DNA of 64,000 bases, taken from the NCBI GenBank assembly GCA_028289135.1, contig JAQGGW010000006.1, positions 7,334-71,333 on the forward strand, written 5' to 3'. The position numbers and the translations under genes are program-made. This DNA is from Candidatus Saccharimonadota bacterium (lineage in GTDB: Bacteria; Patescibacteriota; Saccharimonadia; Saccharimonadales; JACDBH01). Of this stretch, positions 24,726 through 33,052 are shown piece after piece (the stretch's first letter is position 1; every line of letters starts with the position of its first letter). The notes beneath the pieces were generated by a model. That model was not told the DNA's origin. It searched no databases and saw only the letters and a list, made by a program, of their open reading frames with translations.

Positions 24726-25852
24726 TGCTGCGCCTTCTTAAAGTCCATCGCTTGCTTAAAAACTTTTTCGTATTGGTCCACAACAAGCGACAAGTCATAC
24801 TGTTTTATCTCTTCTTTTGCCCAGGTGAGCCAGAGCTTGCGCATACCGTCGTCATTCATCAGCAGCTCCAAACGGCGGGCAAACTCCTCTGTTTCCTTAA
24901 CATTAACAAGCGACAGCAGCCCGCGGTCCTTCATGACGCACGCATAGCCGGGGTTATCCCCAGCCACAATCGGCACGCGCGCGGCCATTGCTTCCAGAAG
25001 CACAATCCCAAAACTTTCACCATAAATTGCCGGCGAACAAAACAGCCGTGCCTGGTGCAGCAGTTTGAGTTTAGTTGGCTCATCAACATTGCCTAAAAAA
25101 GTAACCCGCGGAACATCATTATCCTTAACCCAGTCTTCCAGCTTTTCACGCTCGCCGCCGTCTCCAGCAATTACCAGTCTTACTTCTTTGTCGTGCTCAG
25201 CAAGATCTTTGAAAGCGTGCAGCAAATACTTTACACCCTTGCGCTTTTCGAGGCGGCCAACATACAAAATCATGCTTGGATCACGAACTACTCCTACCGG
25301 CGCCTTGGAAAAATAATTAATATCAACGTAATTAGGCACGATAGTAACCGGCTGTTTTGACCAGTCGCGCACAAACCGGGCCGCACTTTCGGACACCGCC
25401 GTCATGGCTGCCAAGTTTTTATAAATACTGCGCGCATAAGGTACGCGGAAAAACTCAATTGATTTGCCAGCAGCGTTTTCTGGGTGCGTAGCATGAAAAG
25501 TCGCTACAATCGGCGCGTGTGCCCGGGCGGCAATCTGGGCGCCCAAAATCGGCACTTCAGGCTCATGTACATGCAAAATATCAAAATGTTCGCGCTCCAG
25601 CACGGCTTCCATCTCTGTAAGATCCAGGCTCATGGCTACTTCCAGCGTGGTGTTGATGGGCGTATTCCATTTGGCAGACTGGCCAATAAATATTGTACGT
25701 TCAGGCACTTCGCCTTTATAAGCCCTGGGGCGCGGTGTAATAATTCTTACATCGTGACCGCGCGCTGTAAGTTCTTTATCAAGTTGTTCGACAAGTTTCT
25801 GGACTCCTCCTTGCCGGAAGAAGTCATACGGGCATACAAGTCCGATTTTCAT
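24722..25852 (-). CDS. GT4-family glycosyltransferase (PimA-like)
   Basis: MKIGLVCPYDFFRQGGVQ start and CSPAIYGESFGIVLLEAMAARVPIV. A 4-nt overlap with the downstream GT4 gene. Confidence 0.85.
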   Translation of the reverse strand: MKIGLVCPYDFFRQGGVQKLVEQLDKELTARGHDVRIITPRPRAYKGEVPERTIFIGQSAKWNTPINTTLEVAMSLDLTEMEAVLEREHFDILHVHEPEVPILGAQIAARAHAPIVATFHATHPENAAGKSIEFFRVPYARSIYKNLAAMTAVSESAARFVRDWSKQPVTIVPNYVDINYFSKAPVGVVRDPSMILYVGRLEKRKGVKYLLHAFKDLAEHDKEVRLVIAGDGGEREKLEDWVKDNDVPRVTFLGNVDEPTKLKLLHQARLFCSPAIYGESFGIVLLEAMAARVPIVAGDNPGYACVMKDRGLLSLVNVKETEEFARRLELLMNDDGMRKLWLTWAKEEIKQYDLSLVVDQYEKVFKQAMDFKKAQQ

Positions 25853-25886
25853 ATAGTTATTTTACCATGTCTTATGGGCAAAAAGT

Positions 25887-26843
25887 CTATAGCTTAGTCC
25901 TTGTGGCTGCAGAACTTTCAAGATAGTTCAGCAAATCTGGCGGCAAGAGTTCTAAGACGCTCTCTGGGCTTCCAAGGTCAAGTGGAGCATGGATGGCCAA
26001 GTTTAAGCTAAATTCCTGAAAACTACTAAACATTTCTTTTAACTCAACTGCAACTCTTGTATTGTCCACCAAATGATCTTTTGGAACACCAATATGCGTG
26101 ACAGGAACTTTAATCCGGTATGCAGTCAGGTCATTGTGTTTGCAAAAGGCCAGTGCGGTAACCGCATGTGTCCTTAGGTCGTTTATACGCCACAGCCAAG
26201 CTTGTTCGTCCATATATGATTTTGCTTCAGCTTTGGAGAGGGACTTAAATTTGGCCTGGATTGGTTTGGTAATCATATAAATGCCGCTTACAAGCCAGTC
26301 GCGCTCTAAAAATGTTAAGATTCTTGATCCAAGCCAGGTCTTAGCAGGTAATGCCAGCAGATAGAGCATTGGAATGCTGTAGCTTGGCGGAAGATGAAAG
26401 TCATTATGATGCACAAAACCAACAAAACTAATGGCATCTTCAACTTTTTGCTGCAATTCTGGAAAACTATGCAGTGTTTCTGTAACCAGCTGGAAGCCAT
26501 ATGAAATCCCAAGCAGAGTAAGTGTTTTATCTGCAGGTATAATTTCTTTAATAAATTGGTTTATGTGACCTGAATAGAAGCTTAGGGTTGGCTGTTCACC
26601 AATTTTGTAAGCAGGGTCCATACCGCCAAAACCTGGGTAATCCACGGCGTATACATCGCCAAACTTAGTCAAAGCACTGACAATCGGTTCAATCCGCTCC
26701 AGCGTCGCATGCTGGCCATATAAAACCACGAATGTCCGTTTAGCCTCCGCGCTTTTAGCTGGCATATAAATATATCTTCCACACAGGCCTTTATAGGCAT
26801 ACGGCTTGTAGTAATCGGCTGTAGAAAACAGGGATTTTTTCAT
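25887..26843 (-). CDS. Alpha/beta hydrolase (paralogue 1)
   Basis: YPGFGGMD oxyanion-region block and a nucleophile elbow GISYG. Clearly paralogous to the next gene. Confidence 0.65.
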   Translation of the reverse strand: MKKSLFSTADYYKPYAYKGLCGRYIYMPAKSAEAKRTFVVLYGQHATLERIEPIVSALTKFGDVYAVDYPGFGGMDPAYKIGEQPTLSFYSGHINQFIKEIIPADKTLTLLGISYGFQLVTETLHSFPELQQKVEDAISFVGFVHHNDFHLPPSYSIPMLYLLALPAKTWLGSRILTFLERDWLVSGIYMITKPIQAKFKSLSKAEAKSYMDEQAWLWRINDLRTHAVTALAFCKHNDLTAYRIKVPVTHIGVPKDHLVDNTRVAVELKEMFSSFQEFSLNLAIHAPLDLGSPESVLELLPPDLLNYLESSAATRTKL

Positions 26844-26894
26844 AGGTTATTAAACTTAGTATAACGCATTTTAACTTGCTAAATTATTAATTGC

Positions 26895-27827
26895 TTACGG
26901 TTTACGGGCAAGGCGTTTACGCAGCTGCGGCGGAAAGATAACACTGGCAAACTTTTTTTCACCAATAATACTCGGCGAATGAGAAGTGGTACTGGCTGTA
27001 TAGACTGAAACATCGTCAAAAATTTTACGAAGGTTTTGTTCAACTCTTTGGCCGTCAAAGTATTTGTCGGCAGCTACGGTCACGTGTGCCAGCGGTACTG
27101 ATAATTTTTTCTTGGTATTATCAACTTTCAAAAACTCTACGGTTGTGGTCATGTGAGTACGTACATCGTTTACGCGCCAAAGATAGACTTCAAAGTCATT
27201 GGTAGCAGCACGCGCCTGAGCATCCAGCCCTTCAAACTTTTCTTTGGCATTATGAAGACGGTGGTAAACAGCTTTTAAAACGGTTGGGTGCAAGAAAATA
27301 TTTCGGAAAAATACGGCCGGAATTTTGTGGCTAAATACTCGCGCGCCCGATCTATAGAAAAAGTAACGTGTTTTAGTAAACGTAAAGTCATCTTTGTGTG
27401 AAAAACCAACCGAGCTGATAAGTAAATCGACTTGTTTTTCGAGCTCTGGATACAACTGCAGCATCCGTGTGACGACTATAAACCCAAACGAAAACCCCAT
27501 AATTGTCAGGCGCTTATTTTTATAACGCAGCTTTATAAACGAAGCCAGGTAGCCAGCCAGGTTGTCGAGCGTAGGCTTTTCGTGGATCGTATAAAAGCTG
27601 TCCATACCGCCAAACCCCGGCAAATCAGGCATTGTAACTGCGCCGTAATCATTTAATACTTCCGCTACACCGTACATCCGTTCCAAGCTTGTGTGATGCC
27701 CATAAACAAGCAATATCTCACGTTTTTTCTTGTTTTTCGCAGGCAATCGCAGCATCCGCCCGCGAAGGCCATTCATGTTTATTGGAATAACGTATTCGGC
27801 CGGTATTTGCACAGCAGGTTTTGGCAT
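26895..27827 (-). CDS. Alpha/beta hydrolase (paralogue 2)
   Basis: LPGFGGMD and nucleophile elbow GFSFG. Collinear similarity to 25887-26843, for example YG(Q/H)H..LER and YPELxxQV. Confidence 0.65.
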   Translation of the reverse strand: MPKPAVQIPAEYVIPINMNGLRGRMLRLPAKNKKKREILLVYGHHTSLERMYGVAEVLNDYGAVTMPDLPGFGGMDSFYTIHEKPTLDNLAGYLASFIKLRYKNKRLTIMGFSFGFIVVTRMLQLYPELEKQVDLLISSVGFSHKDDFTFTKTRYFFYRSGARVFSHKIPAVFFRNIFLHPTVLKAVYHRLHNAKEKFEGLDAQARAATNDFEVYLWRVNDVRTHMTTTVEFLKVDNTKKKLSVPLAHVTVAADKYFDGQRVEQNLRKIFDDVSVYTASTTSHSPSIIGEKKFASVIFPPQLRKRLARKP

Positions 27828-27849
27828 AGATTATCTAAAACTATACAAT
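27821..27849 (+). promoter_or_regulatory. Sigma70-type promoter pointing into the gene-free structured region
   Basis: TTGGCA (27821-27826), 17-nt spacer, TACAAT (27844-27849). It overlaps the start codon of the divergent hydrolase gene. Confidence 0.4.
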
Positions 27850-27898
27850 AAATCTGAACTAAATAACAGATACAAAACAATTTAATCCTCTCTTCTTA

Positions 27899-28084
27899 GC
27901 TAAACCCCTTCCATCCTGACAAGCAACACCCAACTTATAGGTAAGCTCCCAGTCAAGAGACACAACAAGCCTGCGGAACTTGATGCTACGCATCTTCAAA
28001 CAGTCCTCGGCTGGATTTTGTTGTGTCTTTGACGGAGCTTAGCCTAAAAAGTGTGTAAGCATGCCAGGATGGAAGGGATTTAGC
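27899..28084 (+). ncRNA. Candidate 6S-RNA-like structured RNA (element A); strand uncertain
   Basis: 20-bp closing stem, 27899-27918 with 28065-28084, with one C/A mismatch. Internal loop of about 19 x 18 nt. Bulged stem of about 28 bp, 27938-27968 with 28018-28046. Apical domain of about 49 nt. Total 186 nt. No ORF. No Rfam scan was possible. Confidence 0.35.
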
Positions 28085-28086
28085 TT

Positions 28087-28313
28087 GCGGACGCTTAACA
28101 CTAGTTCCTAGTGATTAACGTCCGCAGCCCAAACGCACCCAGTATACAGGCGGCTACCAGGAAAAACTGATGAAAATCAGTAAGTGGCATTACGAGCTCC
28201 GAGGACTAGCCCTGAAAGGGCCGACCATAGGGAGTCCCGCAGGAGCCGAATGACAATTACTAATTTTCAATAATGTTTTTTCTGAGTCGGTTGTAGGCTG
28301 GGTGCGTTTGGGC
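28087..28313 (+). ncRNA. 39-nt hairpin plus a 187-nt rod-like structured RNA candidate (element B); strand uncertain
   Basis: Hairpin GCGGACG...CGTCCGC at 28087-28125. A 16-bp perfect stem (28127-28142 with 28298-28313) encloses successive helices and an apical GCCC-TGAAA-GGGC (28209-28221). The local hairpin CTGAT-GAAA-ATCAG (28167-28180) has a GNRA loop on the plus strand. Confidence 0.3.
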
Positions 28314-28350
28314 AGAAAGAGAAAACTTAGCTTTTATCCTAGGCTTATGC

Positions 28351-28379
28351 TTGATATTTTTAAATAGTCATGCTATAGT
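28351..28379 (+). promoter_or_regulatory. Sigma70-type promoter for the DEAD-box helicase gene
   Basis: TTGATA (28351-28356), 17-nt spacer, TATAGT (28374-28379). This predicts a 5' UTR of about 120 nt. Confidence 0.55.
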
Positions 28380-28505
28380 TTAGACATATTGTTCGACTAA
28401 TGAATCCAGGTAGTTTTGTACGAAGTAGTTTTTAGTACCGAGGTTTCATTCATTTAAACAATGAAGTACTAATAATAACTTACAAAACAAGAAGGATTCT
28501 TTTTT

Positions 28506-29708
28506 ATGTACACACCATCTAACAACCGCCGTCCATCACGTGGACGTAGCTTTGGGGGCCAAAGCAGCTCAAACCGCCGCAGCGGTGGGCCAAAAAACCA
28601 CAAACAAAACATTAACCCTAGCCGATTTATTAAGCCTGCTACCGCTTTTGTTGATGAAGTCTATACTTCTGAGCACAGCTTTGATGACTTTGCGATGCAC
28701 CCACTGCTTAAGAAGAACATTGCTACCAAAGGCTACATTACACCGTCCCCAATCCAGGACAAGGCCATCCCGCACGGTCTTATGGGCAAAGACGTGCTTG
28801 GAATTGCTAACACCGGTACTGGCAAGACTGCTGCTTTTGCATTGCCAGTCCTACACAAGCTTCTAGAACAACCAGGCAGCCGAGTGCTGATCATCGCCCC
28901 AACCCGCGAACTAGCAGAACAGATCGAAGACGAATGCCGTTCATTTGCCAAGGGCAGCGGACTGTTTGGCGTTCTCCTGATTGGCGGTGCCAGCATGACC
29001 AACCAGCTTCGTGACCTTAAGAAAAAGCCAGAAATTGTCATCGGAACTCCAGGACGTATCAAAGACCATGTTGAACGCGGCACTTTGAGCCTTTCAACTT
29101 TTAACCTCGTTGTATTAGATGAAGTTGACCGCATGGTCGACATGGGCTTTATCGCCGACATCCGTTATTTGCTTGGCGGCATCCCGGAAGTGCGCCAGTC
29201 GCTATTCTTTAGCGCGACCATTGAGCCAAAAATAGCCCAGCTTATTAATACCTTTTTGATTGATCCAATCACCATTTCTGTCCGCACCAGCGAAACAAGC
29301 GACAATGTCGAACAAGACGTGGTCTACTACAGCGGCCGCGACGATCGTATCGACAAGCTGCACGACGTATTAAACAGCGCAAAAGACGGCAAAGTATTAA
29401 TTTTTGACGAAACCAAGTTTGGTGTTGAACGCCTTGGCAATGAACTTGTCCAGCGTGGCTTTAAGGCCGATGCCTTGCACGGCGGCAAATCACAGAGCCA
29501 ACGCCAGCGCGCATTAAAGCGTTTCCGTACTAATGACATTAATGTTTTGGTGGCAACCGACGTTGCTGCCCGCGGTATTGACGTTGCCGACATTACGCAT
29601 GTTATTAACTACGCAACTCCGAACACTTACGAAGATTACGTCCACCGTATTGGCCGTGCTGGACGTGCAGGCCGCACCGGCACCGCGCTGACATTCATTA
29701 GCAGATAA
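28506..29708 (+). CDS. DEAD-box ATP-dependent RNA helicase with an Arg/Gly/Ser-rich N-terminus
   Basis: Q-motif region, ANTGTGKTAAF (motif I), VLDEVDRM (motif II, DEVD variant), SAT, and HRIGRAGRAGRTG (motif VI). Confidence 0.9.
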   Translation: MYTPSNNRRPSRGRSFGGQSSSNRRSGGPKNHKQNINPSRFIKPATAFVDEVYTSEHSFDDFAMHPLLKKNIATKGYITPSPIQDKAIPHGLMGKDVLGIANTGTGKTAAFALPVLHKLLEQPGSRVLIIAPTRELAEQIEDECRSFAKGSGLFGVLLIGGASMTNQLRDLKKKPEIVIGTPGRIKDHVERGTLSLSTFNLVVLDEVDRMVDMGFIADIRYLLGGIPEVRQSLFFSATIEPKIAQLINTFLIDPITISVRTSETSDNVEQDVVYYSGRDDRIDKLHDVLNSAKDGKVLIFDETKFGVERLGNELVQRGFKADALHGGKSQSQRQRALKRFRTNDINVLVATDVAARGIDVADITHVINYATPNTYEDYVHRIGRAGRAGRTGTALTFISR

Positions 29709-31406
29709 TTAGAAGTGATTATCCTGCGCTGGGTCGTAGGTAAGAACTTTGTCTAAAGCTTGGGCGATAGCCGGGACATCAAGCCAGTCACCGTCCCATG
29801 CTAAAAAGTTGTCGTGCCAAGTTGGTTCAAATTTGTTTTTAAATTGGCGTAACCCCCGGGCTGAAAAAAATGTTTCAACAAATGCCGTGCTAAGTCCAAG
29901 CGCGGTTTTTTTAGCCAATTTTTCCTCTGTTTGGGCAAGCGGCACAAAGCCAAGGTCAAAAGTTTTATAATATCCGGCTTGGTGCAGGTTAATCAGTACT
30001 TCGCTCAAAAGATATGAAATAGCGCCGTCATTACCGGGCAGGGCGCGCATCAGGTCAATTGTTGCCTGGGTATTGTTATTATAATTTGGCAACTGGTTTG
30101 CAAATGCGACAATTACGCCGTTTTCGTCGCGCAAAACATGCATTTTGCAGCGCTTAAAAAACGCTTCGTCGTAATAACCTAACCCAAAGGTCCGTTCTAC
30201 ATGGTCATCACCCTTTAGCCACGCCTCATTAATTGCCCGGATTTCACGCAGGTCTTTTTCGCTAAACGGTACCTCGGCCACGCCGTACAGAAGACCCAGC
30301 TTGGCGTTTTTGTTTCGTACCCATCGCCACCATTTGTTACGCGCCGTCTCGGTGGCAAACTTATCCAGCGAAACAACTGCGTTGGCACCAATCGTCAAAG
30401 TCTTGAAGCCATTTTCTGCATTAGCCTTTTCATCTGCAAACAGCCAAACGAGTTTCCAGCCATGCTGCCGGCAGTAGTTACGAAAATCTTTGTAGGCTTC
30501 CGCCCGGGCCTGCGGATTCCCTACTGGTGCTTCAAGCGCGAATGCGAAGCCTTTGTATTGTTTGTAGGCAATTCCGGCACTGCCATTTGAGCTAAACCAA
30601 TAATGTTTGTCCTCTGGCCACAGTTTAAAGCTGTCTTCACTAGTTGTCCCGTAGGCATCTAAAAGTTTTTGCATTTCTGCCCGCTCGTCCGAGTCGGCAA
30701 AGCGTTTGCTATGGATTGACGGCAAAAATAGTCCGGCCACAATCCAGGCGTACATGGCAATTCCGGCGGTAGTTAAAGCCTGGCCAAAAAGCCGGGCTTT
30801 TAGAGGTTCTTTAGAATGATCTGATACTTCCAAAAGGGTGACGCGCATCACAATCCGGCCGGCGCTATAAGCGCTGCGGTGCCAATCTTCTGGCTCGTGG
30901 TAGCGAAAAACAATGCCAAACAGGCTAATTATAAGAATTGCCGCCACGATTGCCGCGGCCGTGGTACGAAGACGGTACAAAAACGATTTTGGACTGGTTT
31001 TGCGGTCAAAATAGTCACGGCTAAAGATAAGAATAACAAGAACGAATGTATAGATAGAAAAGGGCAGTATACGCGGCAAAACAACGCTGTACTTAACAAC
31101 TTGCATGGCAACAAGGATCAAGCTTATCCTGTATGCCGTGGTCTCACCCTGGTAAACTTTTCGTGCTAAATACAAAAAGGCAAATCCGACTAAAACAGCA
31201 TGCTGCGCCAACCAGGCCGTTCCTGGAGCGATGAGCACCGAATGCATTTGGAAATTACGGCCAAAATGCGCGCCACTGACAATCGACAATATCCCGACAA
31301 GCCCAAGGACTAGCGCCATTCCACGCCGGACAAGCCCAATATCCACATCTTTATGCCTTTTTTTGGCGGGGAAAAAACCGGACCAGGAATTTATATTTTT
31401 AGACAT
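29709..31406 (-). CDS. MprF-like aminoacyl-phosphatidylglycerol synthase (TM region plus a DUF2156/LysX-type C-terminal domain)
   Basis: The N-terminal 250 or so residues hold several TM spans. The C-terminal part (SFKLWPEDKHYWFSSNGSAGIAYKQYKGFAFALEAPVG...) is typical of the DUF2156 synthase domain. Confidence 0.7.
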   Translation of the reverse strand: MSKNINSWSGFFPAKKRHKDVDIGLVRRGMALVLGLVGILSIVSGAHFGRNFQMHSVLIAPGTAWLAQHAVLVGFAFLYLARKVYQGETTAYRISLILVAMQVVKYSVVLPRILPFSIYTFVLVILIFSRDYFDRKTSPKSFLYRLRTTAAAIVAAILIISLFGIVFRYHEPEDWHRSAYSAGRIVMRVTLLEVSDHSKEPLKARLFGQALTTAGIAMYAWIVAGLFLPSIHSKRFADSDERAEMQKLLDAYGTTSEDSFKLWPEDKHYWFSSNGSAGIAYKQYKGFAFALEAPVGNPQARAEAYKDFRNYCRQHGWKLVWLFADEKANAENGFKTLTIGANAVVSLDKFATETARNKWWRWVRNKNAKLGLLYGVAEVPFSEKDLREIRAINEAWLKGDDHVERTFGLGYYDEAFFKRCKMHVLRDENGVIVAFANQLPNYNNNTQATIDLMRALPGNDGAISYLLSEVLINLHQAGYYKTFDLGFVPLAQTEEKLAKKTALGLSTAFVETFFSARGLRQFKNKFEPTWHDNFLAWDGDWLDVPAIAQALDKVLTYDPAQDNHF

Positions 31407-31489
31407 ATTTAAGCCTTATAGTAGCAGTTTTTTGCGCCGCAATATACCACTCCCGTTCTTTGCACTTATGCTTTATACTAAAAGCTAAT

Positions 31490-33052
31490 ATGGGTAGGAA
31501 AAAAGAGCAGGGCTTTACTCTTGTTGAGCTAATGGTTGGCATGGTGCTATTGGGCCTCATCTCAATAAGCATGCTAACTCTGTTCTCAACACTTATCCGA
31601 AGCACGGTAATTATTAAGCGTAAAGCAGTCGCAGCCAACTTCGCTACTACCCAAATGGAGTATTTAAAATCACTACCGTATGATTCCTTGGCTATTTCCG
31701 GGACAGGGACAACCACTACAACAACCCTGAACGGTGTAACTTATACCACCAAAACAACAATTGAATATGTGGATGACGCTTTTGATGGATGCATTTCTTA
31801 TCCTAGTGTAGCGACAGAGCAGGCCGAGTGCCGCAACTTTGTCGTGCACTCCGGCGCGCCGACAGGCGATAGCAACCCAAAAGATTATAAAATTGCCCAT
31901 GTTAAAGTCACTGATCAAAACAGTTTGATTTTAGCGGAGGTCGACTCGCAGATTTCTGCCCGTGTCGCTGAAACCGCCAGCACAACAGGGGCCATGTTCG
32001 TAAAAGTGCTTGACCAAAATGGCAACCCGCTGAGCGGCGCGACTGTCCGCGTCCAGAACAGTACCACCACGCCTGTTACGGATGTTAGTGATTCGACAGA
32101 CACAAGCGGGAATGCAATTTTTTATGACCTAACGCCTGACACTACTGGATATGACTACACAATTACAGCTTCACTAGGAAACTATTCATCATTGACTACA
32201 ATTCCTCCAACTGGATCTTTGACGCCAACATATCCAAGCCAACAAGTAATTACTCAGCTTTCATCTTTTGTAACTCTTACGCTTAAACAGCAAGGCGACT
32301 ACAATTTGCTCGCCGAAGTTGTTGATACCAGTAACAATCCAATAGGGGGTATGAAATTATATGTAAAAGGCGGTTATAAAAAATACACGGCAACAACCGA
32401 TAAAACCTATTATTTTGATAACTTGGCCACAAACACTATGCCAGTTACCGATGGTAGCGGCCTCGCCCCAATTTATAACGGCACCAGCACTAACTTCACA
32501 CTTGTGCCAGGGACATATGTATTATGCAGTGAAACCGCTGATACCAGCTGTAAGGTTGGCAATACGACCTACTATCTGGCCGCGGCACTGCCATATACCG
32601 GCAATAATCCATTTAACCCCATAACTGTACCCACGTATACTTCAAGCTCGCCGCCAAGCACTACTTTTGCATACAGCGGAAACCAGTTCCTTCAAAAAGT
32701 GCGGCTTATGATGACGACCAATATCAGCTTCCCAAGAATCTATTCGCTCACCCCAGACGATGTTTCCTTGAGTGCAAGCGCCTTGAGTGCGTTTACTTTT
32801 ACAATAACAGGCGCAAACTTGCCCTGCAGCAGCACGGCGGCAAGTTGCTCTACAAGTGTTAAGTTTACCCAAGGTTCAAATACATACACTGCCAGCTGCA
32901 CGGGGAACGCATCTCCTGCGACCACACTTAATTGTACGATTAATTTAACCGGCATATCTATCGGGGCGTCTCAGCTCATATTAAAAGTAGGAACTAACAC
33001 GTTAACAGTCCCTGTTGGCAGTTTCTTAGGAGGATTTAGTGTCTCTTCCTAA
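31490..33052 (+). CDS. Large prepilin-type (type IV pilin / pseudopilin-like) protein
   Basis: MGRKKEQG|FTLVELMVGMVLLGLISISML is a class-III signal and N-methylation motif. The downstream part is Thr-rich and beta-rich, with a carboxypeptidase-regulatory-like segment (VKVLDQNGNPLSGATVRVQN) and an IPT/TIG-like segment. ATG 31490 is preferred because TATACT (31474-31479) lies inside the longer TTG-started ORF. Confidence 0.75.
   Translation: MGRKKEQGFTLVELMVGMVLLGLISISMLTLFSTLIRSTVIIKRKAVAANFATTQMEYLKSLPYDSLAISGTGTTTTTTLNGVTYTTKTTIEYVDDAFDGCISYPSVATEQAECRNFVVHSGAPTGDSNPKDYKIAHVKVTDQNSLILAEVDSQISARVAETASTTGAMFVKVLDQNGNPLSGATVRVQNSTTTPVTDVSDSTDTSGNAIFYDLTPDTTGYDYTITASLGNYSSLTTIPPTGSLTPTYPSQQVITQLSSFVTLTLKQQGDYNLLAEVVDTSNNPIGGMKLYVKGGYKKYTATTDKTYYFDNLATNTMPVTDGSGLAPIYNGTSTNFTLVPGTYVLCSETADTSCKVGNTTYYLAAALPYTGNNPFNPITVPTYTSSSPPSTTFAYSGNQFLQKVRLMMTTNISFPRIYSLTPDDVSLSASALSAFTFTITGANLPCSSTAASCSTSVKFTQGSNTYTASCTGNASPATTLNCTINLTGISIGASQLILKVGTNTLTVPVGSFLGGFSVSS

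Noticed and set aside
28193-28255. CCATAGGG, GAGGAC and GAATGAC strings in element B that recall conserved RNase P RNA segments.
   Set aside because: The universal GAGGAAAGTCC (P4) and ACAGAAC..GGCTTA segments are absent on both strands, and the strings are consumed by local helices. The tmRNA (tRNA-like ends) and SRP RNA (GGAAGCAGC apical motif) signatures are also absent.
27899-28313. Integron attC sites or a retron msr/msd as an explanation for the long imperfect palindromes.
   Set aside because: The hairpin has only a one-sided RYYYAAC-like string, without the matching GTTRRRY. No integrase or reverse transcriptase gene lies nearby. MITE-like DNA elements remain an open alternative and are noted in the finding.
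31460-31489. TTG start extending the first pilin-like gene by 10 codons.
   Set aside because: Prepilin leader peptides are short and end in Gly. A TATACT -10 box (31474-31479) lies inside the extension. ATG 31490 gives the canonical MGRKKEQG|FTLVELM.
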